This document shows, piece by piece, positions 1 through 13,645 of a DNA stretch of 64,000 nucleotides. The notes below the pieces were generated by a model that made no database searches, was not told where the DNA came from, and was given only the letters and a program-made list of their open reading frames with translations. The DNA comes from Hypanus sabinus. Lineage: Eukaryota. The stretch's first letter is position 1. Every line of letters starts with the position of its first letter. The stretch is from positions 93,434,001 through 93,498,000 of the forward strand of contig NC_082714.1 of assembly GCF_030144855.1 (NCBI RefSeq), in the 5' to 3' direction. Position numbers and translations under genes: made by a program.

Positions 1-1530
1 CCAAACCACCCTGTCTAGCACGCACAATCATGTCAAGTTTAATCCACTTATTCCTCATTTGGATGTTTGGTCTCAAGAATAAGCAAACCTCTTTACCAGA
101 TCTGAATTCCTCTATGGATTGAGTTGCTGCCGCATGACTTGTTCATTAGGTATTTGCATTAACGATCAGCAATACCTGATAAAGTAGGCACTGAGTGTGT
201 ACATGAGTTGTGAGTATGATATACTGACGTCCAAAGCGTTACGACATTTGTGGGTTGCTTCGGAATGTGCTGGTTGTTAACCCAAACATTGTACTTCACT
301 GTATGTGCCGATATATATGTGACAAATAAGACCAATCACATCCTTGCCTTTGTTATTGGAATGACACGATATATTATGAAAGCGAGTGCAAAGAGTTCAG
401 TCCCATGCGCACACAATTAAATCCCGAAATAGCGTTCAGTTATAAGAAGCTGTGGTATTGCTCTTGTTATCGCTCTTTATACTCCACACACTCCGGAACT
501 ATATTCCTTTATGTAACTCAGTACTGATTTGCATGATAAGAATCACGTGACAAGTGGAAGGGGCCGTACCGAATACAACCAGGTTCTTGTTGAGATCCCC
601 CGGACCATCTTTCGGGGAAGGTTGGCGCAACAACATCATCTGAGTGTGATTTTCGTTGCTGCTTCTCCTGTTTTGTGTTCGCAGTGGAAAATTTGTAAAG
701 CAGATAAATGCATGGAAGATTGAAAACGCTCCAGATTGACACTTTTCTTGTATCTCCAGTGCTAAATTTATTTTCCGAATCTGTTCTGCTTCTGCAGATT
801 TATTTCCCATAACAACAAATTCAGCTGCAATACTAATATCTTTTTCTTCGTCTTAAGCCCATCACCTCCGCTGGAGTACAGAACGCCAACAGATCCTTCT
901 TCTCCCATGGATAGGGTCTTTGGATCTTCTCTGGCATTTCTGTAGCTCTGGAGTTTCGGATTGGGTTTGCTAGACTCATGCCCAACCCTGTTCCTTTTGC
1001 AGGCTTGGGATCACGCATAACGGAGTTACAACGGCAGTATGCAGTCTAAAAATATTGTTACCAAATCGCAAGTAATACTGGGCATAAACGTTTAAAATGC
1101 CAGTGGAAAGGTGATTTTCCCCAAGTAACACCTGTCGTGTGGAAGCGGTAGAAGGCAGCCATACACGGGATGTAATCGGCATACCAGGTTCAATGGCGAA
1201 GATACCCGAGATTTCATTTCCTGTAGCCCTTATTAGCCCTGGGAAGCAAATTCATAGTAAGGAAGAAAATGACATGGCGTACTCGCAATTGACATGTTTG
1301 AAACAGAGTAATAATGGCAGAAGCGCATTGTGGAATCTCAAAAATTCCTTTTACTTCTTCGAGAACGGCCGTGGGATTGATGTCCAGTCTATTTGGAGAC
1401 ATAACGTGAATATTGAATGCAGGTCTTCCACCGTTAAGCGCAACATCAGTCTTACGCCCCGCAAATTTCCTTTCGGAATTCCCATCGGATTGCTAATATC
1501 CTACGAATTACCATTTATCGCTGATGTTTA
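1..1530 (-). pseudogene. Intronless ADAM10-like metalloprotease relic, copy 1 (runs off the window start)
   Basis: Colinear motifs recalled from ADAM10: FLR-FH, SFS..FPGLIRATG..GIFAIEP (1186-1206), furin-type RRRKR (839-853), degenerate AH..F...HN (373-410), SCG..EE(F)(R)(S)G. Many stops and frameshifts; no intron-sized gaps apparent. Confidence 0.5.
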
Positions 1531-2024
1531 TAAATTCATAACGGTGTTGGGAGGCTAGCCGCAACCTCCGGAATTCACTTGGAAAAGTTATGAGTGTTCC
1601 TCAGTCAATACCGTGCCTACAAGAGAGACTATTCATTCCATAGACCCTGTGATGTAGCAGCAGAAGGAAGACTTTCGACACTCAATGTCTCACAAGCGAA
1701 GAACAGAAGAGGATAAAAACTTCCAGAAGCTACTTTCCTTCAATCACACTCCGCCTGTCCCGTATCGTAACTCGGTTTCACTGATAATCTTACCTTCTTA
1801 TGAAGACACAAGTGATATTGTGACATTTCCCATCCTCGAGACGCGATAAATTGCGTTAAAACGAGATAAAACATACACACGACCCTGCATAAATGAAAGG
1901 AAAACAACCCCGATTGATCGATCGATCAGAGATTCAAAACACTGTAACTGAGTGTCCGACTCCATAGAACATTTTGCATTTCACAACACAGACTTCTGGA
2001 TATCGTGGTATCATAAGAAGCAGA

Positions 2025-2280
2025 AGAATTCTAAAGATGCTGGAGATCTAAAGTAAAAACACAGGCATACACGCACACACATTCGCACACGCACAATGCT
2101 GGGGGACTTCAGCAGGTCAGGCAACAACAATGGAAAAGAATAGAATCAACGTTTCTGGTCGAATCGCTTCATCAGGTTAGGTGATGCGTCTTGACCCGGA
2201 ACGACGATTCTATCCCTCTCCATAGATGCTGCTTGACCTGCTGAGTTCCTCCAACAACTTGTATGTGTTGCCGCAGTTTC
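2025..2280. mobile_element. Palindromic Penelope-type non-autonomous element (also about 2375-2500, 20290-20400, 37095-37220, 59898-60145, 60300-60430)
   Basis: Inverted arms aatgctgg..actcagcaggtcaggca / tgcttgacctgctgagttcctccaaca around CTGATGA..GAAAC motifs. Confidence 0.55.
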
Positions 2281-4429
2281 AAAAGAACTGGGGTAATATA
2301 TTAACTGGAAAAGAGAACAGTTAAAGGTAGGGTGCAAAGATTAAAAATCACTGTGAAGCTTCATAATTGGTTTGGTCCTAGAGAAGGGACTCGGTCTGAA
2401 ACTTCGACTGTTTATTCATTTCCATAGATGTTGCCTGGTCTGCTGAGTTCCTCTAGCATCTTGGCTGTGTTGCTTTGGATTTTCAGCCTCTACAGAATTT
2501 ATTATGTTTATAATTCTGGTGTTGTAAAGATCTCTGATTTGTCCTCAGCTCTTTATATTCCATTTAAATATCAGGCACATTCTCAGGGGTTATGTATCAA
2601 GTATAATGTATCTAAAGTTTCTGACGATATAAAACCTGACAGAAACGTGACTGAGAAATTAAATTATCCATAAAATGATATCAATCTGTAATATGAGGAA
2701 AAGTAGGTCTTTCATGGCCCTACATGTCTGTGCATGTTTGTGCGTGTCTGTGCACCTGCATTTGCTAATACTTTGCATAGCTAGTGTCGTTAACCCTTGT
2801 GTATTCTGTTTCATCTTGTCAAGTTTATTTTAATTGGGACTGGTTTTCTGCGTACTGATATTATTTAAGTCGTATCCTCATTAGCACTGATGGTGGGGTC
2901 CTGGTTTTTCGAGAATTATTCATTTCGCGGTGGTGCTCGGACAAGCTATCAATGTTCCGTTGGAATTCCTGTGAATAAACTCGTTTCTGTCTCTGCATGA
3001 GAGTCTGTCGTTCCTCCACACCTGCTTTCAGTCGTTTGTCAGCGCACACATTGCCAGCCCAACAGAGTTTCAACAGCCTGGACAACGATTAGCTGGAGGC
3101 GAGCTCCCTTATATCCTCAGTGTTCGTGTCAAGGCTCCGTTACGAGTCTTCCTGTGCCTCCCACTGACCTACGGGTTTCAGATGAATATTCTATATTCAC
3201 GAGCTATATGCCATGTTATCGATTTTATCAGCCATGTCTCGAGAGCATCAGCTCTGTTTCTAGTTGACCAGTTCGGTCCTGAGAAATCAGGTATGACTCG
3301 AGCTTACCAGTCCAGTCTCTGTTTCGAATTTCCCGGCACTTTCTCGTGAGCATCATGTCTGTCTGGATTTCACAATCCTGTCTCGAGCAACCGAGGGCTC
3401 CTTAGGATGTCACGTGCCGGCCTTTGGGAATGATGCACTGCCATGAGCCATACAGGGATGTGAACGTGACTGTGTTAATCATTGTTTTATCGAGGGTCAT
3501 TAAGTCAGTTTGCTTTCTCTTTAATCTTGTCAAGTTTATTTTGACTGACACGGGTTTTCTGTGTAGTATGATTATTTAAACTAGACTCCCCATTGGCACT
3601 TATTGCAGTGCCCTGTTGTTTCGAGAAAGATTCGATTGGCTGTTGCTCACTCAAGCCACTGATGTTCTTGTTAGAATTCTTATCTAAAACTGTCTCGATA
3701 TGAGAGTCTGTGGTTGGTGCACACCTGGGATCAGTCGTTTGTCAGCGCACGTCGTGACAGTCGCATTGTTGGGTCTCCTTGCTTAGCGGGATCAAATTTG
3801 AGACAATTAGAAGGATATCGAGTGGAAGTAATTGAATTGGTATACAGGCCTGGAACTCTCTTACTGTAAGGCCCTTGGTGCCTTTATAAAGGGCAGCGTG
3901 CAGTTTTCTTTTTTCGAGGATGGAATTTTTCCATCAACATGACCAAATATGCTCGTAAAAATATGGATGTAAGTCCGAGTTTGCAGGGTATATATCAAAA
4001 TGACAAATTGTTTCACATTGAGATTGAGATTGCAATTGAGATCGCAGGGTGCTCGAAGTTCTGCTGGTGAATATGTGGTGGCGGTAGACAACCATTGAGG
4101 ACCAGAGTCGGCCCTAACCTGACAATGTGGTGTCTGCAACTCAAAATAGAGTTATATTTGCATTTCGATAACACCTATCGGAATTTCAGCAGCAGAACAA
4201 GAACTTTACACCAATTAATCATTGATGTAGTCATTCCTGTAATATACTAAGCAGGGTATCATGTGCCTCACCGGATGATCTATTTTGCTAACGTTTTTGT
4301 GGGATCGCTGCTAACAGTGGTCGCAATGCTGCACTTTCGTTAAGGGTTGAGTGATATAGGAATTACATTCTTACACCTTACGCATATATGATCAAGAGAT
4401 TCAGTTGATGTCTAGACAACACAGCTCAA

Positions 4430-4650
4430 TGGAGATGAAAAGTCCTCTAAGTGAATTTGATCCTAATGACTGTTGGCGAAAGATGGACCGGTTCGGATAT
4501 TTTGGATACTGCTGCTCTCCTGGAATCTTGACGCTCGACTGTTACTAGAGTTTACAGAGAATGAGGCGAAGAACAAACAATTAAACAAATAAAGAAAAAC
4601 ATCCAGTGATCAGCGGTTCTGTTGGCTAAAAAAATGTTAATGAGCAAGGT
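4430..4650 (+). mobile_element. Tc1/mariner transposase fragment (paralogue about 62490-62700)
   Basis: ...ctagagtttacagagaatg...aacatccagtgatcagcggttctg, typical of the 5' region of fish Tc1 transposases; interrupted by L1. Confidence 0.6.
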
Positions 4651-4654
4651 TAGG

Positions 4655-7600
4655 TTCCGGTGACGTAATCGTCTAGAATGGCGGCTTAAGTCAATAGCTC
4701 CTCCGGAAAAACGCATATTTTGCCGCATTAATCCATCAAAGATAAGATTTTTCGAAAATATCTGAATTGATAAGAACGAGGAAAAAATGGAGATAAAAAA
4801 GCATCACTGCGGAGCCTATGGACGAGAGGGGTGCAGCGAGAGGCTCTCCTACCCGACCGCGTGGTAGGGAAGCTGACGATGGGCCTCGTTCCGGAGAAGC
4901 GGCAAATATGTTAAGAGTTCTGGAAGAGAGACGGAAAATCCAAAAAGATATAAAACAGTAAGTAAATAATAAAAAGTCAGAAGTCGCCGAAGTCAATCAA
5001 AAAATAGTGGTGGCGGAGACACGAATTGAGAAGGGGACGATCGCGTGCAAAACATGGAACAGATACCATGTAAAGCTATAAAAATATAAAATCAACAAGT
5101 AAGTAAATTGATTGATCACGCGGAAGATCACAGCGGAAAAAATATCAGTATATGCAATGTTCCCGAAGGACCAGAGCGGTTTGTTTATCATGGAGTTTGT
5201 AGGACCGTTGCTGTGGGACGCGCAGGGTATTCTTTCGACTATGGAGCTTGAAATTGAGAGGGCGCATCGTGCGCTCGCTCTGCGGCCTACTGGAGACAGT
5301 AAGGTCAAGCCACGCTCAATGATAATCAGATTCCTTTGACACAATACCAAGCCGGAGATTCTAAGAAGGGCCTTGGGAAAGAAGAGGTTACTTTTGGACG
5401 GGAAATAAATATATTTCGATGAAGATTCCCTCCCGGAGGTCCTGCAGAAACTTAAAGAATACTCTGAAGTAAAGCGAATATTAAAGCAAGAAAGATTAGA
5501 TTCCAATCTCCGTACCCTGCTAAACTACGACTTTCTCTGAAGATGAGATCCAACTGTATCAGACACTGGAAAAGGCAACTACAGAAATGAAGGCCAGGGG
5601 GCTGCCCATCAGCGTGATCCAACCGAGGGAGAGCCTGGCTGTGCAGTCAGCCTGCTCTTCTTGGGAAGTAGTGAGAGCATCGAGGAAACAGAGGACGTGA
5701 GGTAGGCGAGAGAGGTATATCAGGAAGAGACTGTGAGTATTCCGAAGACTGCGCTCACCCCCTATAGAAATGCCGTAAGGGTTGACTAAATTCAAAAGTG
5801 TTGGTAAGCTAAACGGAAGCAATATCAGACGGTACTATACCTATCTCAAGAAATACTTACGAAAATGTGGATTTTATATTAATCAATTTTCTTTTTTATT
5901 CATTCATTCACTCCTTTCCCCCCACCTAAATGAGAATATATATGTGGGAGGAATATACAGGGAAATCTTTTCTGTGTAATGGACATAAATTTGTTCACTT
6001 ACTTTTATGGTTATTGCAATGGGTGCCCTTAACTCCCAGGTAGGAGGGATAGCTGGACGTTTCCTCTGGCTCAACCCAGAATCTACTACTGGAGACTTCA
6101 GCCTTGGAATCACACTTTCGTTGCCTTTTTTTAATCATTCGCTTTTCTTGGCTCTTAATTGTTCAGGGAGTAGATCAATTAAGATTTAGTCTGCTAATTT
6201 CAACGATATATTGACAGATAAATACACATGGCTAAGTACAAAGTAAAATGTATTTCTTTTAATGTCAATGGGCTGCTAAGTCCAATCAAACGCAATAACA
6301 TTCTATCCAAAATAAAAAAAATAGAACAAGCTCATTGGTATATTTACAGGAAACTCACTTAAGTGATAATGAGCATGGAAAACGAAAGAAAATGGACTTC
6401 ACTAATTTGGTTTTCTCCTCATAAAAATCAGGACATGGAGAGGATCTGCTATTCATATCTCAAACAAACTAAATTTTGATAAAAGTATTCAAAATGAGAG
6501 ATAAGGAGGGCAGATATATTCTGGTTAGGGGTAATATAGCCGGAAAATTGGTTACTCTAATGAATATGTACGCACCCCCAGGAAATGATATTATTTTCTT
6601 TCAGAAAATTACTGATATTATGGTAATGGAAACAGAAGGACTCCTGATAGTTGGGGGAAACTGAAGTTTAAAATTACAACCAAAGTTATACTCTTCCAAT
6701 AGAAAAACCTATGAAACAAAATCCTTACGTAAGAAAGTCAATACACCTCTTTTGAGGATGTTGGTCTAATTGATGTATGGAAGGACCTTTTCCCCAACAG
6801 AATGGATTACACTCGTTATTCTGTCCCGCACTCTGTAAATACAAGAATGTCAAGTCTATTTCATGTCAATTGGAAAAGACAAAGACAAAATAAGAACCTG
6901 TAGAATTGGGACAACAGATGTAAGTGACCATGCACCTATATATTTATCTATTGATTTTGACCTACAACCAAAGAATACTATTTGGAAACTAAATTCAAAT
7001 CTACTCAATGATCCCTAGTTTAAGGAACAAATAAAAAAAAGAAATTCCTCTTTACATAGAAATTAAGGATAATGGAGAAGTTTCACCACTCATTCGATGG
7101 GATATTCTGAAGGCTGTTTTAAGAAGGAAAATTATAGCGATATCTTCATATAAGAAAAAAAGTAAGGAATAAAACATCGGAGGAATTACAAAATAGGCTG
7201 AAGGAACTTGAAAAACACGAATTGAATTTGGCACAGGATACATTAGAGGAAATTAAAGATAAAGGAATGAAATTAGTAGTTTGGCTACGAAAGAAATCAG
7301 GAAAAAAATTAATGTTTCTGAAACAGAGATATTTTGAAAGTTGATCTAAGTCTATGTAAATACTTGCATGGAAACTGAAAAAAAATAGTAGAAAATACAT
7401 TTCATAGAATTAAGGCTCCAAGAACAAAAATTGATAAAAAAAAATAAGCTAAGTGAAATGCAAGAAGCTTTTGAAGTGTTCTACAAAACTGTATAGTCTA
7501 ACCTTCCAGGGGGAAGCATAACTCAAACTGACACCTTACTGAATTCTCTAGAGTTACTCACTTTAAGCGAAGGACAAAATAGAACGATGACTGCAGACAT

Positions 7601-10366
7601 AACTGAAGTTGAACTAAAAGGTGCAATTAGTAGTCTTAAATTAATGAAATCACCAGGATCACATGAGTATACGGCAGAGTGGTCCCAAGAATTTAAGAAT
7701 GAGTAAATTCCTGCCTTACTCCCCACACTGAACTGGGATCTAAAAAAAGGCACAAATGCCACCCAGCTGGAAGGAATCGATCATCTCATCTTTACCGAAA
7801 GAAGGCAAGGATAAAATGGGATGTGGGTCATTTAGACCAATAGCCTTTTTTAATGTAGCTTATAGATTATTTACCTACATCATGGCCAAAAGATTAGAAG
7901 AGTTTATAGCCATACTGATACATAACGATCAGACGGGTTTTATACAACAAGGCCAAACACAAGACAATATACGAAACAAACTTCAATTATAGATCACGTA
8001 CAAAAAAAATAAAATAGAATCAAGAGTGATAAGCGTTGACGCAGAAAAGGCATTTGATTCGGTTAATTGGATTTTTCTTTCTTTCTTTTCAGATCTTTTA
8101 ATTGTTATTATTCAAAAATAACACAGGTACATCGAAGTAACAACACTTACAATGCCTGATAAAAAGAAATCATCTTAAAGATTGAATTTTTTTGTGAATA
8201 AAAAAAACCCTGCTAAGCAAAAAAAGTGAGAAAAAAAAAGAAACTCATTGGGAGAACTACCATGGAGCCATGCGCCATACACACAGCTTCTAAAAATAAA
8301 CATCAAGCCGCCAACAAGAAAGAAAGCTATATCAAGAAAAAAATGCACTTAGATCGTGGAGGAAATCTATCAGTTAACTGAAATGGTAACAATGAACAAA
8401 TGAGCCCCATCTCTTCTCAAGATCACATAAAGGTTCAAAGGGTCTACTTCTAATTTTCCCCAAGCTAAGACACAGAATCAGTTGAGAGAACCTTTGTGAG
8501 AAAGTAGGAGCAGATTATCCTTCAATTTCAACAAAATGGCCCTCCTCGCTATCAATGTACAAACGCAGTAATATGTTGGTCAGACACGGATATACCATGG
8601 ATATTTTGGGCAATTATTTCTTTACCGAGGTTTACAAAGATTTTGGTTTCCATGACACAATTATTAAAACTGCACAGGCAATCTTTGACAACCCTACTTC
8701 TAGGATAAAAATCAAGGGATGTTCATCAAACAGTTTTACCCTAAACAGGGGTACGATACAGGGTTGTACATGATCACTGCTACTCTCGCATTATATTCGA
8801 ACCAGTAGCTCAATACATCAGACAAAATGAAGATATCAGGGGAATTACTACTAAAGGGACAGAGCATAAATTGTCTTGTTATGCGGATGACATTTTGACC
8901 TACCTAGGGCAACCAACATACTCTTTACCTAAGTTGATGCAATCCTTTAAACGATATGGTCAATTATCAAGATACAAGGTCAACATCGATACAACCCAAT
9001 TACTATCATATAAATATAGCCCACCAAGAGAAATTGAAAGTAGATATCCCTGGCATGGCAACCACAGTCTTTCAAATATTTGGGCATCATTATGCCAAAA
9101 GATTTGGCAAAATTATCAGAATGTAATTATCAGTCTATATATAAAAATCAAGGGAGATATAACAAGAACATAATTCCTTTTGTTTAGTCTCAGTTCAAGG
9201 ACTGAGTCTATTAAAATGAATATACAGCGCAGATTATTATATCTCCTTCAGACCCTACCAATAGAGATTATACAAAATTAATTCAATGAATGGATCAAAA
9301 TGCTATCAATATATATTTGGCAAAGTAACATGAGAAGAGTTCGTCTCAAAACCTTGCAATTAGCCAAGGATCATCGAGATTATTATTTTGCAGCACAGGT
9401 GTGAGCTGTGACATGTTGGTGCAACCCATCTTATGACGTTCAACGGAAAAACATTGAGGAGGGTATACTTCCCATCCGCAAGCAGGCAATTTTGGCTGAT
9501 AACAACCTACAAAGGTATATAAATACTATTGATAACCGTTGGGTGAAATGGACTCTTAAAATATGGAAAACTATTATAAAAGAATATAAACTACAGGGAA
9601 ATATTGCAATTCTTAAATGGTGTGCATATGACACGGATTTTACACCGAATAAACTGGATGCTAGAATTAATAACTGGACAGCTAAAGGAATAACAGTTCT
9701 TTGCAACATAATGAAAGAAAGAGCACTGTTCAGTTTTGAAATGCTTGAAGAGAAACACTTATTAGAAAAACTGGACTTTTATCAGTATTTACAGATGAGA
9801 CAGTAGGAATGGTTAAATATGTAACCAAGGGGAGTACATGTTTGATAGAGCTATTTAGAAAAACCATATAATTGAGATAACGGTAGTGGAATCATTTCAC
9901 GCGTGTATAAGGGTTTGTTAAATTTAACACACATTCGACTTCATACATTAGAACAAAATGGGAGAAAGAAGGAGGGATAATTATATCGGAGGAATAATGG
10001 AAAACAATATGGTGGTATCAATGGACGTGTACCAGTTCACAGAAATGGAGGGAGTTAGGATGGAAAAACTTGATAAGATATTTTATTACACCCTCTCAGA
10101 AATCCCATTTTGATAGTAACCTCCCTGTTTGCAGGAAAAATTGTGGAAATCAAAAAGCAAATCATTATCGTACATTTTGGGAATGCTGTGTTATCAAAGA
10201 CTGTTGGAGGGGTATGCACAATGACCTGCAAGACATCTTACATGCAAATACCCTTAGAGAGTGAGACCATATATTTTGGGTATATCCCTCAAGAATGGGT
10301 GAAAAGATATAAATATTTAATGAATATACTGCTGTTGGCTGGTAAAAAGACTCTTACTAGGAAATG
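4655..10366 (+). mobile_element. Decayed near-full-length L1-clade LINE (ORF1 + ORF2)
   Basis: ORF1-like LEIERAHRALA..PRSMIIRF (5112-5339); APE endonuclease from about 6250 (FNVNGL, MNMYAP); RT YADDIL at 8880; C-terminal HY..FWECC. Many stops. Confidence 0.9.
8070..8610 (-). mobile_element. 5'-truncated L1 of another subfamily nested in the L1 RT region
   Basis: T-rich tail at 8070 interrupts the host frame, which resumes at about 8615; reverse strand resembles an ORF2 C-terminus (IARRAILL, LSLGKIR). Confidence 0.6.
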
Positions 10367-12372
10367 TTTTTTCTGTATTTTTTTATTGAAGTACATCATC
10401 AAACAAACATTTCCATAATATGTATTTCAGACATTGCGCATATAATATACATTATAATCATATATGTCACAAATCCCCACATAGTATTTATCAGAGGTAT
10501 ACACTTATAGAAAAAGAGTGGAGAGAAAAAATAAGCAAAAGGAAAAAACTGTGTACAAGTAAGGAGTGATCTTCTTTTTACAACATATTCATTGATTTGT
10601 GAGAATAAAATCAGGTCTATGAGGCATTATGTAGTTAAAAACATTTTTCCCAGTATGTATCAAATTGGTCCAGCTTATGATTAACAAATGCTGTTATCTT
10701 CTCTATCTTCTCCATTTTGTACATGTCCATTGTAATTTCCATCCATGCATTTAAAGTTGGGTTCTCCTGTGATAACCAATTCCTAGTAAGAGTCTTTTTA
10801 CCAGCCACCAACAGTATATTCATTAAATATTTATATCTTTTCAAAGATTCTTGAGGTATATACCCAAAATGTATGGTCTTACTCTCTAAAGTTATTTCGC
10901 ATTTAAAGATGTCTTGAACGGCATTGTGTATCCCAGTCCAATAGTCTTTGATAACAGGGCAGTCCAAAAAATATGATAATGATTTGCATTTTGATTTCCA
11001 CAATTCCTCCAGCAAACAGGAAAGTTGTTATCATAATGGGATTTCTGAGAAGGTGTAATAAAATATTTTATCATGTTTTTCCAACCAAACCCCCTCCATT
11101 TCTGTGAACTGGTACACTTCCACTGATACTTCCATATTATTGTCCATTCTTCCTCAGATGTAATTATCCCTCCTTCCTTCTCCAGTTCTGTTATAATGTA
11201 TGAAGTCGATTGTGGTTTAAGAATTGACAACTCCTTATACATGCTTGAAATGATTCTACTACCGTTATCTGAATTATATGATTTTCTAAATAGCCCTAGC
11301 AAGCACATACTTGCCTTGGTTACATTTTAATCGTCTTACCAACATGTTGTTGCATCTGTAAATATCAATAAAAATCTTGTTTTTCTAATGTGTTTCTCAT
11401 TAAGCATTTCAAAACTGAACAGTATTGCTTCTTTCATTATGTTGCAAAGAACTGTTATTCCTTTAGCTGTCCAGTCCTTAAATCTAGCTTCCAAATTATC
11501 TGTTGTAAAATCCGAGTCATATGCACACCATTTCAGAACTGCAAGATCTCCTGTAGTTTTATATTCTTTTATAGTAGTTTGCCATATTTTAAGAGTCCAT
11601 TTCACCCAACGGTTATCAATAGTATTTATGTACCTTTGCAGGTTGTTATCAACTAAAATTGCTTGTGTTGGGATGGGATGGCTCCTCAATGTTTTTCCAT
11701 ATGATGAGTTGCACCAACTTATCACAGCTCTCAACTGTGCTGGAAAATAATAATCTCTAAGAGAAGGTAGGCCCCATCCCCCCTTTTCCTTTGCTAATTG
11801 CAAAGTTTTGAGACGAACCCTTGGCCTTTTACCCTGCCAAATATACCTTTATAACATCTTGTTCCATTCATTGAATTGATTTTGATTAATCCCTATTGGT
11901 AGGGTCTGAAAGAGATATAACAGCCTGGGCAGTATGTTCATTTTAATGGACTCAATCCTTGAACTGGGACTGTAAAAAGGAATCAGGTTCCATCTTGCCA
12001 TATCTTCCTTAATTTTTAATATAAAGGCTGATAATTACATTCTGATAATTTTTCCAAATATTTTGGCATATTGATGTCCAAATATTTGTAAGACTGTGTT
12101 TGCCATGCCCAGGGATATCTACTTTCAATTTCTCTTGCTGGGCTATGGTAATATGAAGGTCATTGGGTTTTATCTATGTTGATCTTGTATCCGGATAATA
12201 GACCATATTGTTCAAAGGATTGCATCAACTTAGGTAAAGAGTATGTCGGTTGCCCTAGATAGATCAAAATGACATCCGCAGAAGCCAATTTATGCTCTGT
12301 CCCTTTAATAGTAATTCCCCTGATATCTTCATTTTGTCTGATGTATTGAGCTAATGGTTCCAGATATAATAT
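10367..12372 (-). mobile_element. 5'-truncated L1-clade LINE, tail-to-tail with the upstream copy
   Basis: Minus-strand ORFs LEPLAQYIRQNEDIRGITIKG, GGWGLPSLRDYY, WRNCGNQNANHYHIFW; poly-T at 10367. Confidence 0.9.
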
Positions 12373-12380
12373 ATGTTGGA

Positions 12381-13645
12381 TATATGTTGGAGTTTTTTGA
12401 GGGTGTAACAAGGATGTTAGACGGGGGTAAGCCAGTGGCTGTTGTGTACCTAGATTTTAAGAAGGCATTCGATAAGGTGCCACATAGGAGATTGGTGAGT
12501 AAAATCAGAGCTCATGGCATTGGGGGCAGGGTTTCAATATGGATAGAAAACTGGTTGGCAGATAGAAAGCAAAGGGTAGCAGTGAATGGGTGTTTTACGG
12601 ACTGGCTGGAGGTGACTAGTGGGGTACCACAGTGCTCTGTATTGGGACCACAGCTCTTTGCGATTTATGTCAACGATTTAGATGAGGGCATTGAAAACTA
12701 TATCAGCAAGTTTGCTGACGTTACTAAACTGGGTGGCAGTGTGACATGCGAAGAGGACGTTAGGAGAATACAGGGAGACTTGGATAGGCTGGGTGAGTGG
12801 GCAGATACTTGGCAGATGTCATTCAATGTGAATAAATGTAAAGTTATCCACTTTGGAAGCAGGAACAAGAAGGCAGAGTATTGTCTGAACGGTGTAGAGT
12901 TAGGTAAGGGAGAAATGCAAAGAGACCTAGGAGTCCTAGTTCACCAGTCAATGAAGGTGAATGAGTAAGTGCAACAGGCAGTGAAGAGGGCAAATGGAAT
13001 GTTGGCCTTCGTTACAAGGGGAATTGAGTACAAGAGCAAGGATGTCCTTTTGCATTTGTACAGGGCCCTGGTGAGACCACACCTGGAATATTGTGTACAG
13101 TTTTGGTCTCCAGGTTTAAGGAAGGACATTCTGGCAATTGAGGAAGTGCAGCGTAGATTTACTAGGTTGATTCCTGGGATGGCAGGGCTGTCTTACGCAG
13201 AGAGATTGGAGAGATTGGGCTTGTACACGCTGGAATTGAGGAGATTGAGAGGGGATCTGATTGAAACGTTTAAGATAATTAAAGGATTTGATAGGATTGA
13301 GGCAGGAAATATGTTCCAGATGTTAGGAGAGTCCAGTACCAGAGGGCATGGATTGAGAATAAGAGGTCAGTTATTTAAAACAGAGTTGAGGAAGAGCTTC
13401 TTCTCCCAGAGAGTTGAGGAGGTGTGGAATGCACTGCCTCGGAAGACAGTGGAGGCCAATTCTCTGGATGCTTTCAAGAAGGAGCTAGATAGATATCTGT
13501 TGGATAGGGGAATCAAGGGATATGGGGACAAGGCAGGGACTGGGTATTGATAGTGAATGATCAGCCATGATCTCAGAATGGCGGTGCAGACTCGAGGGGC
13601 CGAATGGTCTACTTCTGCACCTATTGTCTATTGTCTATTGTCTAT
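12381..13645 (+). mobile_element. Young 5'-truncated CR1 LINE (RT C-terminal part and 3' tail)
   Basis: VVYLDFKKAFDKVPH, SGVPQ.SVLGP, SKFADVTKLGG, LVRPHLEYCVQFWSP; one in-frame stop at 12966-12968; ends in (ATTGTCT)3. Confidence 0.93.

Larger units (their letters stand above)
1..5930 (+). repeat. Segmental duplication, copy A1
   Basis: Colinear with 58013-64000 (ccaaaccacc at position 1 matches 58013; ccacctaaa at about 5930 matches 64000), including shared Penelope, Tc1 and L1 insertions; roughly 80-90% identical by eye. Confidence 0.92.

Noticed and set aside
499-860. IL-17 receptor (ILVLQLN, PSPKDG..KNLVV) or viral fusion protein reading of block A
   Set aside because: Only two short matches each; the ADAM10 reading explains more motifs in order, although it too is unverified.
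4997-5506. 169-aa minus-strand ORF and similar antisense ORFs (63196-63489, 17362-17808, 28095-28529)
   Set aside because: Antisense shadows of L1 or CR1 coding sequence.
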